Below, piece after piece: positions 8,958-17,430 of a DNA stretch of 64,000 bases; position 1 is the first letter of the stretch, and the number at the start of each line of letters is the position of its first letter. Below the pieces are notes generated by a model. That model ran no database searches. It was not told the origin of the DNA and worked only from the letters and a program-made list of their open reading frames with translations. The stretch comes from a virus. The stretch spans positions 1,839 to 65,838 of the IMG/VR virus record IMGVR_UViG_3300045800_000023. One strand, 5' to 3'. Both the position numbers and the translations under genes were made by a program.

Positions 8958-9361
8958 ACTGCCTCCTTAACGATTTGTTGTACGGTTTCTTCGATTAATC
9001 TCAGGTCAGGGCTAGAAGGCAGTTTTGTCTTCTTGAGGGCAACCTGGATTAGGCTTTCTGCATCAGAAGCCCAGGCCTCAATCTTTTCGAATGGCCAACT
9101 ACCTTGGCGGACTTCGATTGCCGTCGTCACCTCGGGCGGGGAGGCTTCGGAAACCCTACCGTGACGAGCGAGTATTCGACGTACATATTCATCTATATCG
9201 CCCTGGCTTGGAGTCTCAAGCTGTTTGGCTTCGGGTAACTGAAACGTGTTACATGTGCAGGCATAAGTCCCAGTGTTAGAGCAGCACGTCGCCTCACCCG
9301 CTTTCGGTGGTCCGTCTGGCCCAGAACCTCGTAGGGGCTGGTCTGTTTGATTAGTGGACAT
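8948..9361 (-). CDS. Hypothetical protein whose C-terminus resembles the helical tail of RlaP/Nuc-transf-type nucleotidyltransferases
   Basis: EVRQGSWPFEKIEAW...LPSSPDLRLIEE; start moved to ATG 9361. Confidence 0.45.
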   Translation of the reverse strand: MSTNQTDQPLRGSGPDGPPKAGEATCCSNTGTYACTCNTFQLPEAKQLETPSQGDIDEYVRRILARHGRVSEASPPEVTTAIEVRQGSWPFEKIEAWASDAESLIQVALKKTKLPSSPDLRLIEETVQQIVKEAVCQ

Positions 9362-9365
9362 TTGG

Positions 9366-9539
9366 TTACCGGCACACGCAATTGGAACTGTAGCCAGACG
9401 AGATGTAGGTGTTGCCATCACCGAGACTAGAATGCGTTCTGTGCGTAATCATAGGGATTGCAACAGCCGCAAGAATACCTAAGATAGCGATAATAATCAT
9501 CAGTTCGACGATAGTAAAGCCGTTTTTCTTGTTCTTCAT
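9366..9539 (-). CDS. 57-aa type IV prepilin-like mini-pilin (not in ORF track)
   Basis: MKNKKNG|FTIVELMIIIAILGILAAVAIP: basic leader, G|F cleavage site, E+5, hydrophobic helix, P+22. Confidence 0.85.
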   Translation of the reverse strand: MKNKKNGFTIVELMIIIAILGILAAVAIPMITHRTHSSLGDGNTYISSGYSSNCVCR

Positions 9540-9541
9540 TG

Positions 9542-10066
9542 TTAGTCCAATTGGAAGGGGGAAACGATAATTCTAGGTTCAACGTAAATTGGGGCAACCT
9601 TGTCACTATGGGGGTCCTTGCACATAACCCAGGTTCCCTCTGCTGCGGCTGGAGAGAATAGGCCATTAGGGTCAGCTTGAGGTACGGTAACCGTCGTGAT
9701 GCCCGCACCGGCATAAGTTACAGTGTGGGCCTTTTGTGGGTTGGTGAACTGGGTAGCGTAAGGGATACCATAACCCACCGAGTTACAAAAGAAGACCTTC
9801 TTGCCCTGCATCTCATTCCAGAGGTAGGTATATGTAACCAAACCGTTTTGGTCACGAAGCTCTAGGATGTCCTTCAAAAGCTTGCGCTCCCTGAAGTTCT
9901 TGATAGCTGGCATTCCTGTCTGAGCTGTTCCTTCCTGGAGAAGCTTTTCCTGTTGGGCTCTTTGAATTTGGTCGCTGTCTGGCTTGCGTTCCTCGTCGCA
10001 CCCCTGTTGAGCCATACACAGAGGCAGCAAGCACAAAAGCGGGATAATAGCAAATAGTTTCTTCAT
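9542..10066 (-). CDS. Secreted protein or lipoprotein of a conserved phage family
   Basis: Signal peptide with GC; GIPYATQFTNP and QADPNGLFSP motifs. Confidence 0.7.
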   Translation of the reverse strand: MKKLFAIIPLLCLLPLCMAQQGCDEERKPDSDQIQRAQQEKLLQEGTAQTGMPAIKNFRERKLLKDILELRDQNGLVTYTYLWNEMQGKKVFFCNSVGYGIPYATQFTNPQKAHTVTYAGAGITTVTVPQADPNGLFSPAAAEGTWVMCKDPHSDKVAPIYVEPRIIVSPFQLD

Positions 10067-10080
10067 TTTACGGTCCTTTC

Positions 10081-10425
10081 TTAATGGTTGTTCTTTAGGG
10101 TTTCGACAAAGTTGCGCAAACTGTCTGGTACGCCAGCGTCTTCCATATTGTATCCTGATGCGCGACGCAAGATAATACTTCCTAGAGCAGCCTTGGCATT
10201 GGGGTCCTTCTCCTTAGTGTAGTCGAATTGCATATTTTCCAATTCTTGTACCATACCCTGGTTAAAAGAGCGGGTCTTTTCAAAAACTTCTCGACGCACC
10301 GCTTCTTGCTTGGGGGCGAAGAACTTATAAGTCAACAAATTCCCTCCCTCCACAAGAAACCCAATGCCGAAGAATAGTACAATAATTCCAACAATGCAAG
10401 CGATAACCTTTAGCGCAATCTTCAT
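10081..10425 (-). CDS. N-terminally anchored membrane protein
   Basis: TM then FFAPKQEAVRREVFE; AAGGAG RBS. Confidence 0.7.
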   Translation of the reverse strand: MKIALKVIACIVGIIVLFFGIGFLVEGGNLLTYKFFAPKQEAVRREVFEKTRSFNQGMVQELENMQFDYTKEKDPNAKAALGSIILRRASGYNMEDAGVPDSLRNFVETLKNNH

Positions 10426-10461
10426 TTGTGTCTCCTTTGGTTTGTTCTGTGAAGTGAAGCA

Positions 10462-10500
10462 ATCTTACCACAATCGTCTGGGGAGTCAAGCAACAATCTT
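10462..10500. promoter_or_regulatory. Back-to-back early (-) and late (+) promoter cassette
   Basis: - strand TTGACT-16-TAAGAT with extended TGn; + strand CAATCTT 6 nt before ATG 10507. Confidence 0.65.
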
Positions 10501-10506
10501 TATAGT

Positions 10507-10812
10507 ATGATCATTCCGAGTGATGAAATTTGCTACAAAGAAATTTGTGGTAAGTTAGGTAATAAAACTTTATACAAGGTGGGGGTGATCGGCGGATTGC
10601 ATCTCGTAGAACTTCGGTCACCTGACGGTTCTAAACAGGTGATTGGCGCAGGAAGTCACCCAGGGGTCGCCAGAATGACAGCCAAGAGGCTGCACCCCGA
10701 TATAGAGTGGACGGAGCTTGCCAAGTCCCAGGAGATTGACGAGAGGGATGTTTCCGACATTCTGCCTTTCTGGCTTGAAGTAGTAGCAAGCGCCCAAAAG
10801 AAACTGGGGTAA
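10507..10812 (+). CDS. Late hypothetical (probable virion) protein
   Basis: ORF with the late motif. Confidence 0.6.
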   Translation: MIIPSDEICYKEICGKLGNKTLYKVGVIGGLHLVELRSPDGSKQVIGAGSHPGVARMTAKRLHPDIEWTELAKSQEIDERDVSDILPFWLEVVASAQKKLG

Positions 10813-10813
10813 C

Positions 10814-11641
10814 ATGGCCACTCCTGGGCTAGCTCCAAGAATCAACCCTATCACCTTTCCTACCGCTAACAGCGTCGCTTTCGACCTAGACGCTTTCAAT
10901 GACGGGATTAGGGCGCATGGGCTAAGGTTCGTCCACCTAAGGGCCCTTAGAGATCCAGTAGGATTAATAGATCGTCATGACGCACGTAGACCTAATCCTG
11001 GCAGCAAGGAAGCCTTGAACGGTTGTATCCACACTAGGGCCGGTATTGTAAGAGCGTTGTGTTTAAGCAACACCAAAGAGGTCAAGGCTTCTGATGCCGG
11101 TCTTGTTGACAGCTCCCAAGCACAGTTTACCCCTCTTAGTCAATATGAAGACACGGGCAAAAGGGTCTTCCTAGCCCCGTATGACCGACTATTGTTAGAG
11201 GAAGAATCTGTATTGGTAACAAGGCATGAGTTGGTAGAGGCATCTCCTACTGGGGTTGATAGGCCTAAGTTCCCAGCTGTAGAAATATTGGATTGTGTTG
11301 ACGCGCGAGGCCTTAGATATTACCAAGGTGACGATTTTGACATTACTCCAGACGGCCTAATTGTTTGGAAAAGTCGTCGGCCTGGACAAGAGATTGATAC
11401 GGGTAAAGGTGTTGTTTTTGGCATTAGGTATGTGTATAGGCCGTTTTGGATTGTGGCCAGAATGATTCATGAAATCCGCATGGTACAAACCGAAGTGTTT
11501 TTGACCGGTGAACGTAAGATGGTCCAGGCTCCTCAGTCAGCTCTAATCTATCGTGAGTTCTATTTTGAGTCGGAAGCGGCAGATTCAGGTACCAGGGCGG
11601 CTGAAGAGGGCCCCTCGGATGGTCAAATTACTTCCCGATAG
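10814..11641 (+). CDS. Probable neck/head-tail or baseplate-associated virion protein
   Basis: Beta-rich, late operon position; family not identified. Confidence 0.45.
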   Translation: MATPGLAPRINPITFPTANSVAFDLDAFNDGIRAHGLRFVHLRALRDPVGLIDRHDARRPNPGSKEALNGCIHTRAGIVRALCLSNTKEVKASDAGLVDSSQAQFTPLSQYEDTGKRVFLAPYDRLLLEEESVLVTRHELVEASPTGVDRPKFPAVEILDCVDARGLRYYQGDDFDITPDGLIVWKSRRPGQEIDTGKGVVFGIRYVYRPFWIVARMIHEIRMVQTEVFLTGERKMVQAPQSALIYREFYFESEAADSGTRAAEEGPSDGQITSR

Positions 11642-11668
11642 CAATCTTGAGGTTAGGAGAAACACAAA

Positions 11669-12100
11669 ATGTCTGACATCGTAGCCACCGTTGAAAATGC
11701 CGTTAAAACCGTTGAACCTGTAGTTGAACAGGCAGTCGCCCCTGTAGCCGCTGTAGTTGAGACAAAGGTCCAGGTTGTCGAGAAGACCTTGTCGGACCTA
11801 GCAGTGGAGGCCGTTCATGCCGCTGAAAAAGAACTTGAAGCAGCTAAAGCGAAGGCTGTGGAAATAAAGACTAGTCTAGAAGCAGAGCTTGACAAAGAAG
11901 TTGAACGCATCAAGTCAGAACTTACTAAGGTCCAGGCTATTTCGGAAGTCAAGAAAATTGAACAGGCCGTTACCTCTGTGGCAAAAGAAGTAGTTGCCGA
12001 AGAAGTAACAGCCGTCAAGAGTCATCCCGTATTGTTCAACGTTGCTCTTGCTGTTATTGTTGCCGTTGTCAGCGTTGTAGCTACCTTGTTATTTAAGTAA
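11669..12100 (+). CDS. Coiled-coil protein with C-terminal TM anchor
   Basis: A/V/E/K-rich helix then LFNVALAVIVAVVSVVATLLF; AGGAG RBS; late motif at 11642. Confidence 0.65.
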   Translation: MSDIVATVENAVKTVEPVVEQAVAPVAAVVETKVQVVEKTLSDLAVEAVHAAEKELEAAKAKAVEIKTSLEAELDKEVERIKSELTKVQAISEVKKIEQAVTSVAKEVVAEEVTAVKSHPVLFNVALAVIVAVVSVVATLLFK

Positions 12101-13048
12101 CCTTGCGACGGAAACGCTTGCATGGCGCTGGATGGGAACAGTTCTTAGGCCAATCCTTGACACTCCAAGCCACAGCAGACTTAACGTTGATCCAAGCACG
12201 AGTGGAGGTGCGTAACCCTGGTCTCCCTTTTGAATAATTTCATCTGGGCCCAACTCACGCCACTTCGCTTTGGTTGAAGGCTTAACCGGCTCGGTAACCT
12301 TTTCCTCTACTAGCTCCAGCTCGTGATCTCCGTAATGCGTGGGCAGACCATCGATATTAACAGCATTGTTGCACTCGTGGGGGTACATCTGAGGAACAGA
12401 TGAGGCAATTGTTACGACTAAATCTTTTCTTCCACCGAGGAGAATCTTGACGGTTTGCCCCACCTTGAACTTGGGCTCGGCGGTATTTTCCTCTACCAGC
12501 TCTAGCTCTGAATCGGCATATGGCGGCCGGTCTCCGTTCTCCAATTTAACTTCATTGCGCCACGCAGTTTCGCTGTAGTTTTCTCGAATCTTCGTAATAA
12601 CGCCTCTTTGTCCTTGTCGAGCCTTATGAAGAATCTTTACCTTATCCCCAACCTTGAACTTGGTAGCGGGCTTGGGTTCTTCCTTCTTTTTTACAATCTT
12701 GCGGCGACAGCTTCCAACGTGCCAGGAGTACAGAACCGGATGCATGTCAGCAAATTCGGGTTGCTTAATAGGTCCCCATCCGTTATAATACTGCCATTCG
12801 TCGCCCTCTTTGAGAGTCTCTCCTTCCTTAAGGTAATAATACTGGATTGGACGGTAGTAGTTCTTGCCACCTCCCACACAAGCTGTTCTTCCTGGGCAGA
12901 TAGTTGGTCGCGACTTCTCGCAAGCGTTTAAGGCAAGATCTCCTTCTTGAAGGATTTCATCTTTGTCTAGAAATTTACCTTCTGGTAGATTTTCAACAAC
13001 GATCCTTGTAGTTGCTGGTACGTGTTCGGTATAAGTGTGTTGGTTCAT
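12089..13048 (-). CDS. Early module protein (3 modules plus 2 KFKVGxxV SH3/KOW-like repeats); last module frameshifted
   Basis: Start moved to ATG 13048 (AAGGA RBS); the alternative frame gives RTSTRAW...KRFRRKVT. Confidence 0.7.
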   Translation of the reverse strand: MNQHTYTEHVPATTRIVVENLPEGKFLDKDEILQEGDLALNACEKSRPTICPGRTACVGGGKNYYRPIQYYYLKEGETLKEGDEWQYYNGWGPIKQPEFADMHPVLYSWHVGSCRRKIVKKKEEPKPATKFKVGDKVKILHKARQGQRGVITKIRENYSETAWRNEVKLENGDRPPYADSELELVEENTAEPKFKVGQTVKILLGGRKDLVVTIASSVPQMYPHECNNAVNIDGLPTHYGDHELELVEEKVTEPVKPSTKAKWRELGPDEIIQKGDQGYAPPLVLGSTLSLLWLGVSRIGLRTVPIQRHASVSVARLLK

Positions 13049-13073
13049 GTAGGTCCTTTCGGTTGTTGAATGG

Positions 13074-13112
13074 ATAGTATCAAAGGTTCTGGTAGCAGTC
13101 AACAACAATCTT
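13074..13112. promoter_or_regulatory. Back-to-back early (-) and late (+) promoter cassette
   Basis: - strand TTGACT-17-TACTAT with extended TGn; + strand CAATCTT at 13106. Confidence 0.7.
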
Positions 13113-13123
13113 TCAATAAAGAA

Positions 13124-13882
13124 ATGCTACCGTTTTTCAAGGAAATACTAGGGAATCAAGGGGCCGAAGTTATAGCTAGGCTAGCCAAGGCTTCTAAGGA
13201 TTTGGGGTACTACATGACCCCACGCATTATAGTTAGCTGGTTGCGACAATCGCCTTATGGGGAAGTCGTTGTCCCTGCTGGGTGTCCTTTGAAGAGTTTG
13301 GTAAAAAGTGGCTATGGGTATTCTGGCACAGCTGAGGTGCAGGGTCTAGATTATTCTTTCAAATATTCACAAGAAGAACACGTTGCGGCAATTATTGCCG
13401 TTGCGTCAAACCAAAAAGTAAAACCAGTTGAAATAAAGGATGTTGACTTAGCTCGATTAGCTAAGACGATTGATCTACTTGTCAAGTCAGCCCCTAAAGC
13501 TCCCGCTAACCAATACGAGCATACCGTAGTTGCTAGCAATTTGCAACCAGAAGAACCGGTCCAGCCTACTTTAGTTCAGCCCGCTCAGAACCAGACAAAG
13601 AATCCTGTCAAGAGCAAGATCCCGAAGTTAAAAAAGAAGCCGTTGCTTAATGCGGCAATTAAGCCTTTGAAGGTCACGAAGAGCGAAGCTGAAAACAGTT
13701 GTGTTATATGCGGTCAAAAGATGTTTAGTCAAGGTAAATTCGTTGGGTGCGTTTGTTTTGCACCTATGGCAAAAAGCGTCAAGACAATTGTAAGTGCTGG
13801 TGAGTATTTGCTTACATTTGACGACGACTGGGACGAGGACGCTTACCTGGCATTGATTGGAAATATCAAAAATGGAAACTAA
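13124..13882 (+). CDS. Late hypothetical protein with C-terminal CxxC..CxC
   Basis: Start moved to ATG 13124, downstream of the late motif. Confidence 0.6.
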   Translation: MLPFFKEILGNQGAEVIARLAKASKDLGYYMTPRIIVSWLRQSPYGEVVVPAGCPLKSLVKSGYGYSGTAEVQGLDYSFKYSQEEHVAAIIAVASNQKVKPVEIKDVDLARLAKTIDLLVKSAPKAPANQYEHTVVASNLQPEEPVQPTLVQPAQNQTKNPVKSKIPKLKKKPLLNAAIKPLKVTKSEAENSCVICGQKMFSQGKFVGCVCFAPMAKSVKTIVSAGEYLLTFDDDWDEDAYLALIGNIKNGN

Positions 13883-13979
13883 GATTTGCCGTAAGTGTAA
13901 AAAAGATCTCCCCGTATCTTCATTTGGAAAATCGACCGACCAAAACGACGGGCTAAAAAGAGAATGCTGTGGAAAATAA
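13872..13979 (+). pseudogene. 35-aa remnant of the Zn-finger N-terminus of an HNH homing endonuclease
   Basis: METKICRKCKKDLPVSSF...DGLKRECCGK matches the N-termini of the 40700 and 57334 HNH proteins. Confidence 0.6.
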
Positions 13980-14451
13980 AGAGCCAATAAAGTGGTTGGG
14001 TAGGCACATTGTCCAAGACCCAACGGACATCGATAGGTTGGATGCGGCCAGCAGCGTTCACGAATTCCGTGGGGGCCTTCCTAAGGAAGAGGCTGAGGAT
14101 CGGGCTTATGGCGATTATCTAAACGACAAGGCCATGGATTCTTGCGCCTTCCACTACTTAGGTATGAGGGCCGCAGTGGCAGCCCAGCACGAACCAGCCG
14201 CCAAAAAACATGGGGGGGCCTACTCTTTGGCAATGAAGCATCTCGGTTTAAACCCGCTAGATGCTCCCCCCAAAGAAATACTCGATAGAGTCAAGGATGC
14301 CGACAAGGGACCGTATTCGTTCAAGGCGCACGCTGCGGACTCGTTCTTCCAGCCCAAGGTAGAAATCCCTGGGGTAAAAGAAGAGCCCGCAAATCGCACG
14401 CTAGAGCTTTTAGAGCGCCTTAAGGCCTTGAAGGTTAAGCCACAGGAGTAG
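13969..14451 (+). CDS. Late hypothetical protein
   Basis: ORF track. Confidence 0.6.
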   Translation: MENKEPIKWLGRHIVQDPTDIDRLDAASSVHEFRGGLPKEEAEDRAYGDYLNDKAMDSCAFHYLGMRAAVAAQHEPAAKKHGGAYSLAMKHLGLNPLDAPPKEILDRVKDADKGPYSFKAHAADSFFQPKVEIPGVKEEPANRTLELLERLKALKVKPQE

Positions 14452-14479
14452 GTGGCACTTCGTGAGTTGCGTACCAATC

Positions 14480-14585
14480 GTCTCGTGCGTTGGTAGCACC
14501 GTCGAAAGCCTTTAGGCAGTTAACCAGGTACTGTCTCGTGCGGTGGTAGCGCCATCAAAAGCCTTTAGACATTTGACCAGGTACT
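14480..14585. repeat. Imperfect 53-bp tandem duplication (46/53 identical)
   Basis: Direct comparison of 14480-14532 with 14533-14585. Confidence 0.9.
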
Positions 14586-15318
14586 TGGCCAAGATGTAGT
14601 CTGGTGTGTCGCTACCGGTCTTAAGCTTGTACTTGGCCACCAACAACTTTAGCTCGTGGGTAAATGTAATGGTCTTTGCTGGTCCAAATTGGACAGGATC
14701 GACAGCTGCATCGGCCTTTACATCCGGGATTACTAGAGGCTTGGTCTGAATAGTTTCCTCACTCTTTGCTTCAGGTGTCAGTAGTCGTCGATAAATCAAA
14801 GGTTCCTTCCCATTGTTCAAGGTAGCCCTGTCACCAACGATAACTCCCTTACACAAGGACTTAATCCACCAGGTGTCATTCTGCTGATAAGCCCACTCGT
14901 CACCATTGGCAATCTTTTCTCCAAGATCTAGGAAACGATGCGTTGCGTCTTGGAGACGAACTGGGCGACGATAAACGTCCTCCTCATAGGAGGTAACAAC
15001 ATGGCCGTCCAGTCCGTATACCTTATCCCACTTTCCGCAATTAACTTCGTCAGTCTTCGCACTGGCGACTTCACCCACTTGAAGGAAGCGGTATTGAACC
15101 GGTGGAGTAGCAACTTCCTCAGGCCTGACAACCTCAGCGATCTGGGTAGGGGTCTTAGCGTGAAGGCGACGCCCATAGCTCTTGTATTGTTCGTCCTGCT
15201 GATTTACGACGGTTCCAGTCCTAAACGCTTCCTTTGGAGGGTTGGTTCCTAGCGCCCCAAAATACTTGTCACCCTTCTTAATAACTTCTCCCTCTTTCAA
15301 AAATCGGTACTGTGTCAT
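14512..15318 (-). CDS. Early module protein (3 modules plus C-terminal TPDYILAKYL domain)
   Basis: Start ATG 15318 in ATGA overlap with the upstream gene. Confidence 0.7.
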   Translation of the reverse strand: MTQYRFLKEGEVIKKGDKYFGALGTNPPKEAFRTGTVVNQQDEQYKSYGRRLHAKTPTQIAEVVRPEEVATPPVQYRFLQVGEVASAKTDEVNCGKWDKVYGLDGHVVTSYEEDVYRRPVRLQDATHRFLDLGEKIANGDEWAYQQNDTWWIKSLCKGVIVGDRATLNNGKEPLIYRRLLTPEAKSEETIQTKPLVIPDVKADAAVDPVQFGPAKTITFTHELKLLVAKYKLKTGSDTPDYILAKYLVKCLKAFDGATTARDSTWLTA

Positions 15319-15728
15319 TGTACTTTGTCTCCGTTTCTGTCTGATGCTTTTTTGTATTGTTCTGCGATTGATTGGGTGCAAATCTCAACTAGGTCCTTGA
15401 TGCAGCTAGCCGCACAGTTCCTAAATTCTGGATACCGAATGGCTTTCATCGACCCCATAATGGCTTGCGTCAACTCTGTAATTTTGTCTGTCTCTTCCGA
15501 AATTACACTTAAAATCCCCGAAGGCCTCGACTGGTAGGCTTCCCTCAAAATAGGGATGGCCTGGCTTCTAAACGTCTCTAGACGGTCTTCAATGGCTTCG
15601 TTCAACTTTACCGTAGATTCAATGAAGTCCTTTTGATATTCAGCTTGTTGAGCCGCTGTTGGTTCATTTTGGGACTTAGCTATAGCCGCATTTTTAATGT
15701 TTTGAAGCTTCTTTTTTGGTAGTGCCAT
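15315..15728 (-). CDS. Hypothetical protein, probably leaderless early transcript
   Basis: TTGACT-16-TACAAT ends 6 nt before the ATG. Confidence 0.6.
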   Translation of the reverse strand: MALPKKKLQNIKNAAIAKSQNEPTAAQQAEYQKDFIESTVKLNEAIEDRLETFRSQAIPILREAYQSRPSGILSVISEETDKITELTQAIMGSMKAIRYPEFRNCAASCIKDLVEICTQSIAEQYKKASDRNGDKVQ

Positions 15729-15766
15729 GTACTTATTGTACCTTAAGTTGAAGAATAGTCAAGTGA

Positions 15767-16897
15767 TTACTCATAGTCACGTACACATTTGGCTACCCCG
15801 AACCTCGGCACCCCATATGCCGACAAATTTTGATACTGAATGGTAGCATACTTCCCAATGACGTTCTTAGAGTCTTGTAGAAGCCTAACCCTAAAAGCAT
15901 CATTCCCCTTAGGACTGGCTCGAAACTCTTGCTTGTCAGTTGTCTGACACACTAAGACAGCCTGGCCCTCCCTTTTACCACGCCCAGACTCAACACCGGT
16001 AATCAGGAATTCGGCGTCCTGCATCTCTTTGACCTTCTGTAGGTTGTAAGATCTCTTGTTTTCATACCCGCCAGAAGCATTACGGGCCATAAGTCCCTCG
16101 TATCCATCCTCAAGGGCAGTAGCGAATTTTTCTTCCAGCTCTTCCTGGGAGCTTAGCTCGTATGTTTGAACAGTGACAATACACTGAGGATCAAGTTGCT
16201 TTAGGAGGTTCGACAGGCAGATAGTACGATTGACAAAACCGACAGTAGAAACCAAATCGTAGATCCAATACTGTATAACTTCGTGTCCTGGGGCTGGTTC
16301 TGCTTGTCGCGCCAGAGAGATAATCTTTTCAAAATCGTTCTTGTATTTGTGGACGTACAGTTCCCCATCAAGAACGATAGGGGTATTTCCCTCACAGAAG
16401 CGGGCGAATTTCTCAAGCTCCTTGACGATGTGCGGTACAGAAGTTATTGGCTTCCTGGTACGACTCCACAAGGTAACCCTTCCGTTTGGCTCGACAATTG
16501 CAATACAACGCATGCCATCAAGCTTGGGTTGTCCGTAGCAAGGAAACTTGATTTTAGCTGAATGGTCCCGGTACTTGTGAGCCAACATGGGATTGATACC
16601 GCCTAAGATAACGGTCTCGTCCACGGCTCCTTGTTCCGCTAACGCCAAATCGTGGACGTACCCCTTCTTTTTCTGCTTGGTCCACTTGGCCTCAGCCTCA
16701 GCTTCGGCTTGCTCCTCGATAGTGGTAGCGTTAACTCTACCTTCATTTTTACCAGATTTGATTGTCTCAGTGGCAATTTGAATGGCTCCACCGACTTGGC
16801 CGTGAGACACTTTGATTTCCGCTCCATGGGTAGATATGGCCCACTGCTGGATTTTGCCCGTGCTTGCTTTTTTATACAGATATGGAAAAACTTTCAT
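15767..16897 (-). CDS. ATP-dependent DNA ligase with N-terminal WGR-like domain
   Basis: QPKLDGMRC (motif I), LDGELY, YEGLMAR, LQKVK, RFGVAKCVRD. Confidence 0.92.
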   Translation of the reverse strand: MKVFPYLYKKASTGKIQQWAISTHGAEIKVSHGQVGGAIQIATETIKSGKNEGRVNATTIEEQAEAEAEAKWTKQKKKGYVHDLALAEQGAVDETVILGGINPMLAHKYRDHSAKIKFPCYGQPKLDGMRCIAIVEPNGRVTLWSRTRKPITSVPHIVKELEKFARFCEGNTPIVLDGELYVHKYKNDFEKIISLARQAEPAPGHEVIQYWIYDLVSTVGFVNRTICLSNLLKQLDPQCIVTVQTYELSSQEELEEKFATALEDGYEGLMARNASGGYENKRSYNLQKVKEMQDAEFLITGVESGRGKREGQAVLVCQTTDKQEFRASPKGNDAFRVRLLQDSKNVIGKYATIQYQNLSAYGVPRFGVAKCVRDYE

Positions 16898-16912
16898 AGA
16901 TTCCTTCTACCT

Positions 16913-17389
16913 TTACTTGGCCTTCTTGGCAAGGGATTTCTTGGTGCGCTTGGCGATTTCTCGGTCTACGAACAGGCGGGCCATCCGAAGACTTGTGACA
17001 GAACCGTAAGAGGAATACCATACGTATAGCAAGGCTTTTTCGATATTCCCTGGCTTGTTACCTACGATTTTTTGCATCTGCTGCTGGCGCTCTTCAGTCT
17101 TCAGCTCCTTGAAGGTTTTCTTCCAGGCCGAGGGAGTGTCTTTCTTGCGTAGCTTCAGGAGCTTCCCCGTTTCTTGAAAGTACTCTCGGTTGATGTACCA
17201 GCGGGCCTTCTTCAAATCCTCCAGGGGACTCCATTTGTTTTCATACCGAAACAGGTACTTGAAAGCGTTGCCAGTGTTGAACCCTATCTTGCCGCACATT
17301 TCAATGGCTTCAATGCCCGAGGGATGGCTGGTGTAGTGGGAGGGGTGGTTGACAGGGTTGTTAGTGAGCTTAGACTTTTTTTTTGACAT
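16913..17389 (-). CDS. DUF3310 (SaV-like) protein
   Basis: VNHPSHY...IEAIE...FNTGNAFKYLFR...EDLKKARWYI. Confidence 0.85.
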   Translation of the reverse strand: MSKKKSKLTNNPVNHPSHYTSHPSGIEAIEMCGKIGFNTGNAFKYLFRYENKWSPLEDLKKARWYINREYFQETGKLLKLRKKDTPSAWKKTFKELKTEERQQQMQKIVGNKPGNIEKALLYVWYSSYGSVTSLRMARLFVDREIAKRTKKSLAKKAK

Positions 17390-17430
17390 CCTTTATTGTA
17401 CCTCTTCCTTTTGGGGTTGTAAAGCAAAAA

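Noticed and set aside
9427-9714. 95-aa ORF from the track
   Set aside because: A shadow frame overlapping the lipoprotein and the mini-pilin, which have clear motifs
14480-14585. Diversity-generating retroelement TR/VR pair
   Set aside because: Mismatches are mostly synonymous third-position changes, not adenine-specific, and no reverse transcriptase is in the window
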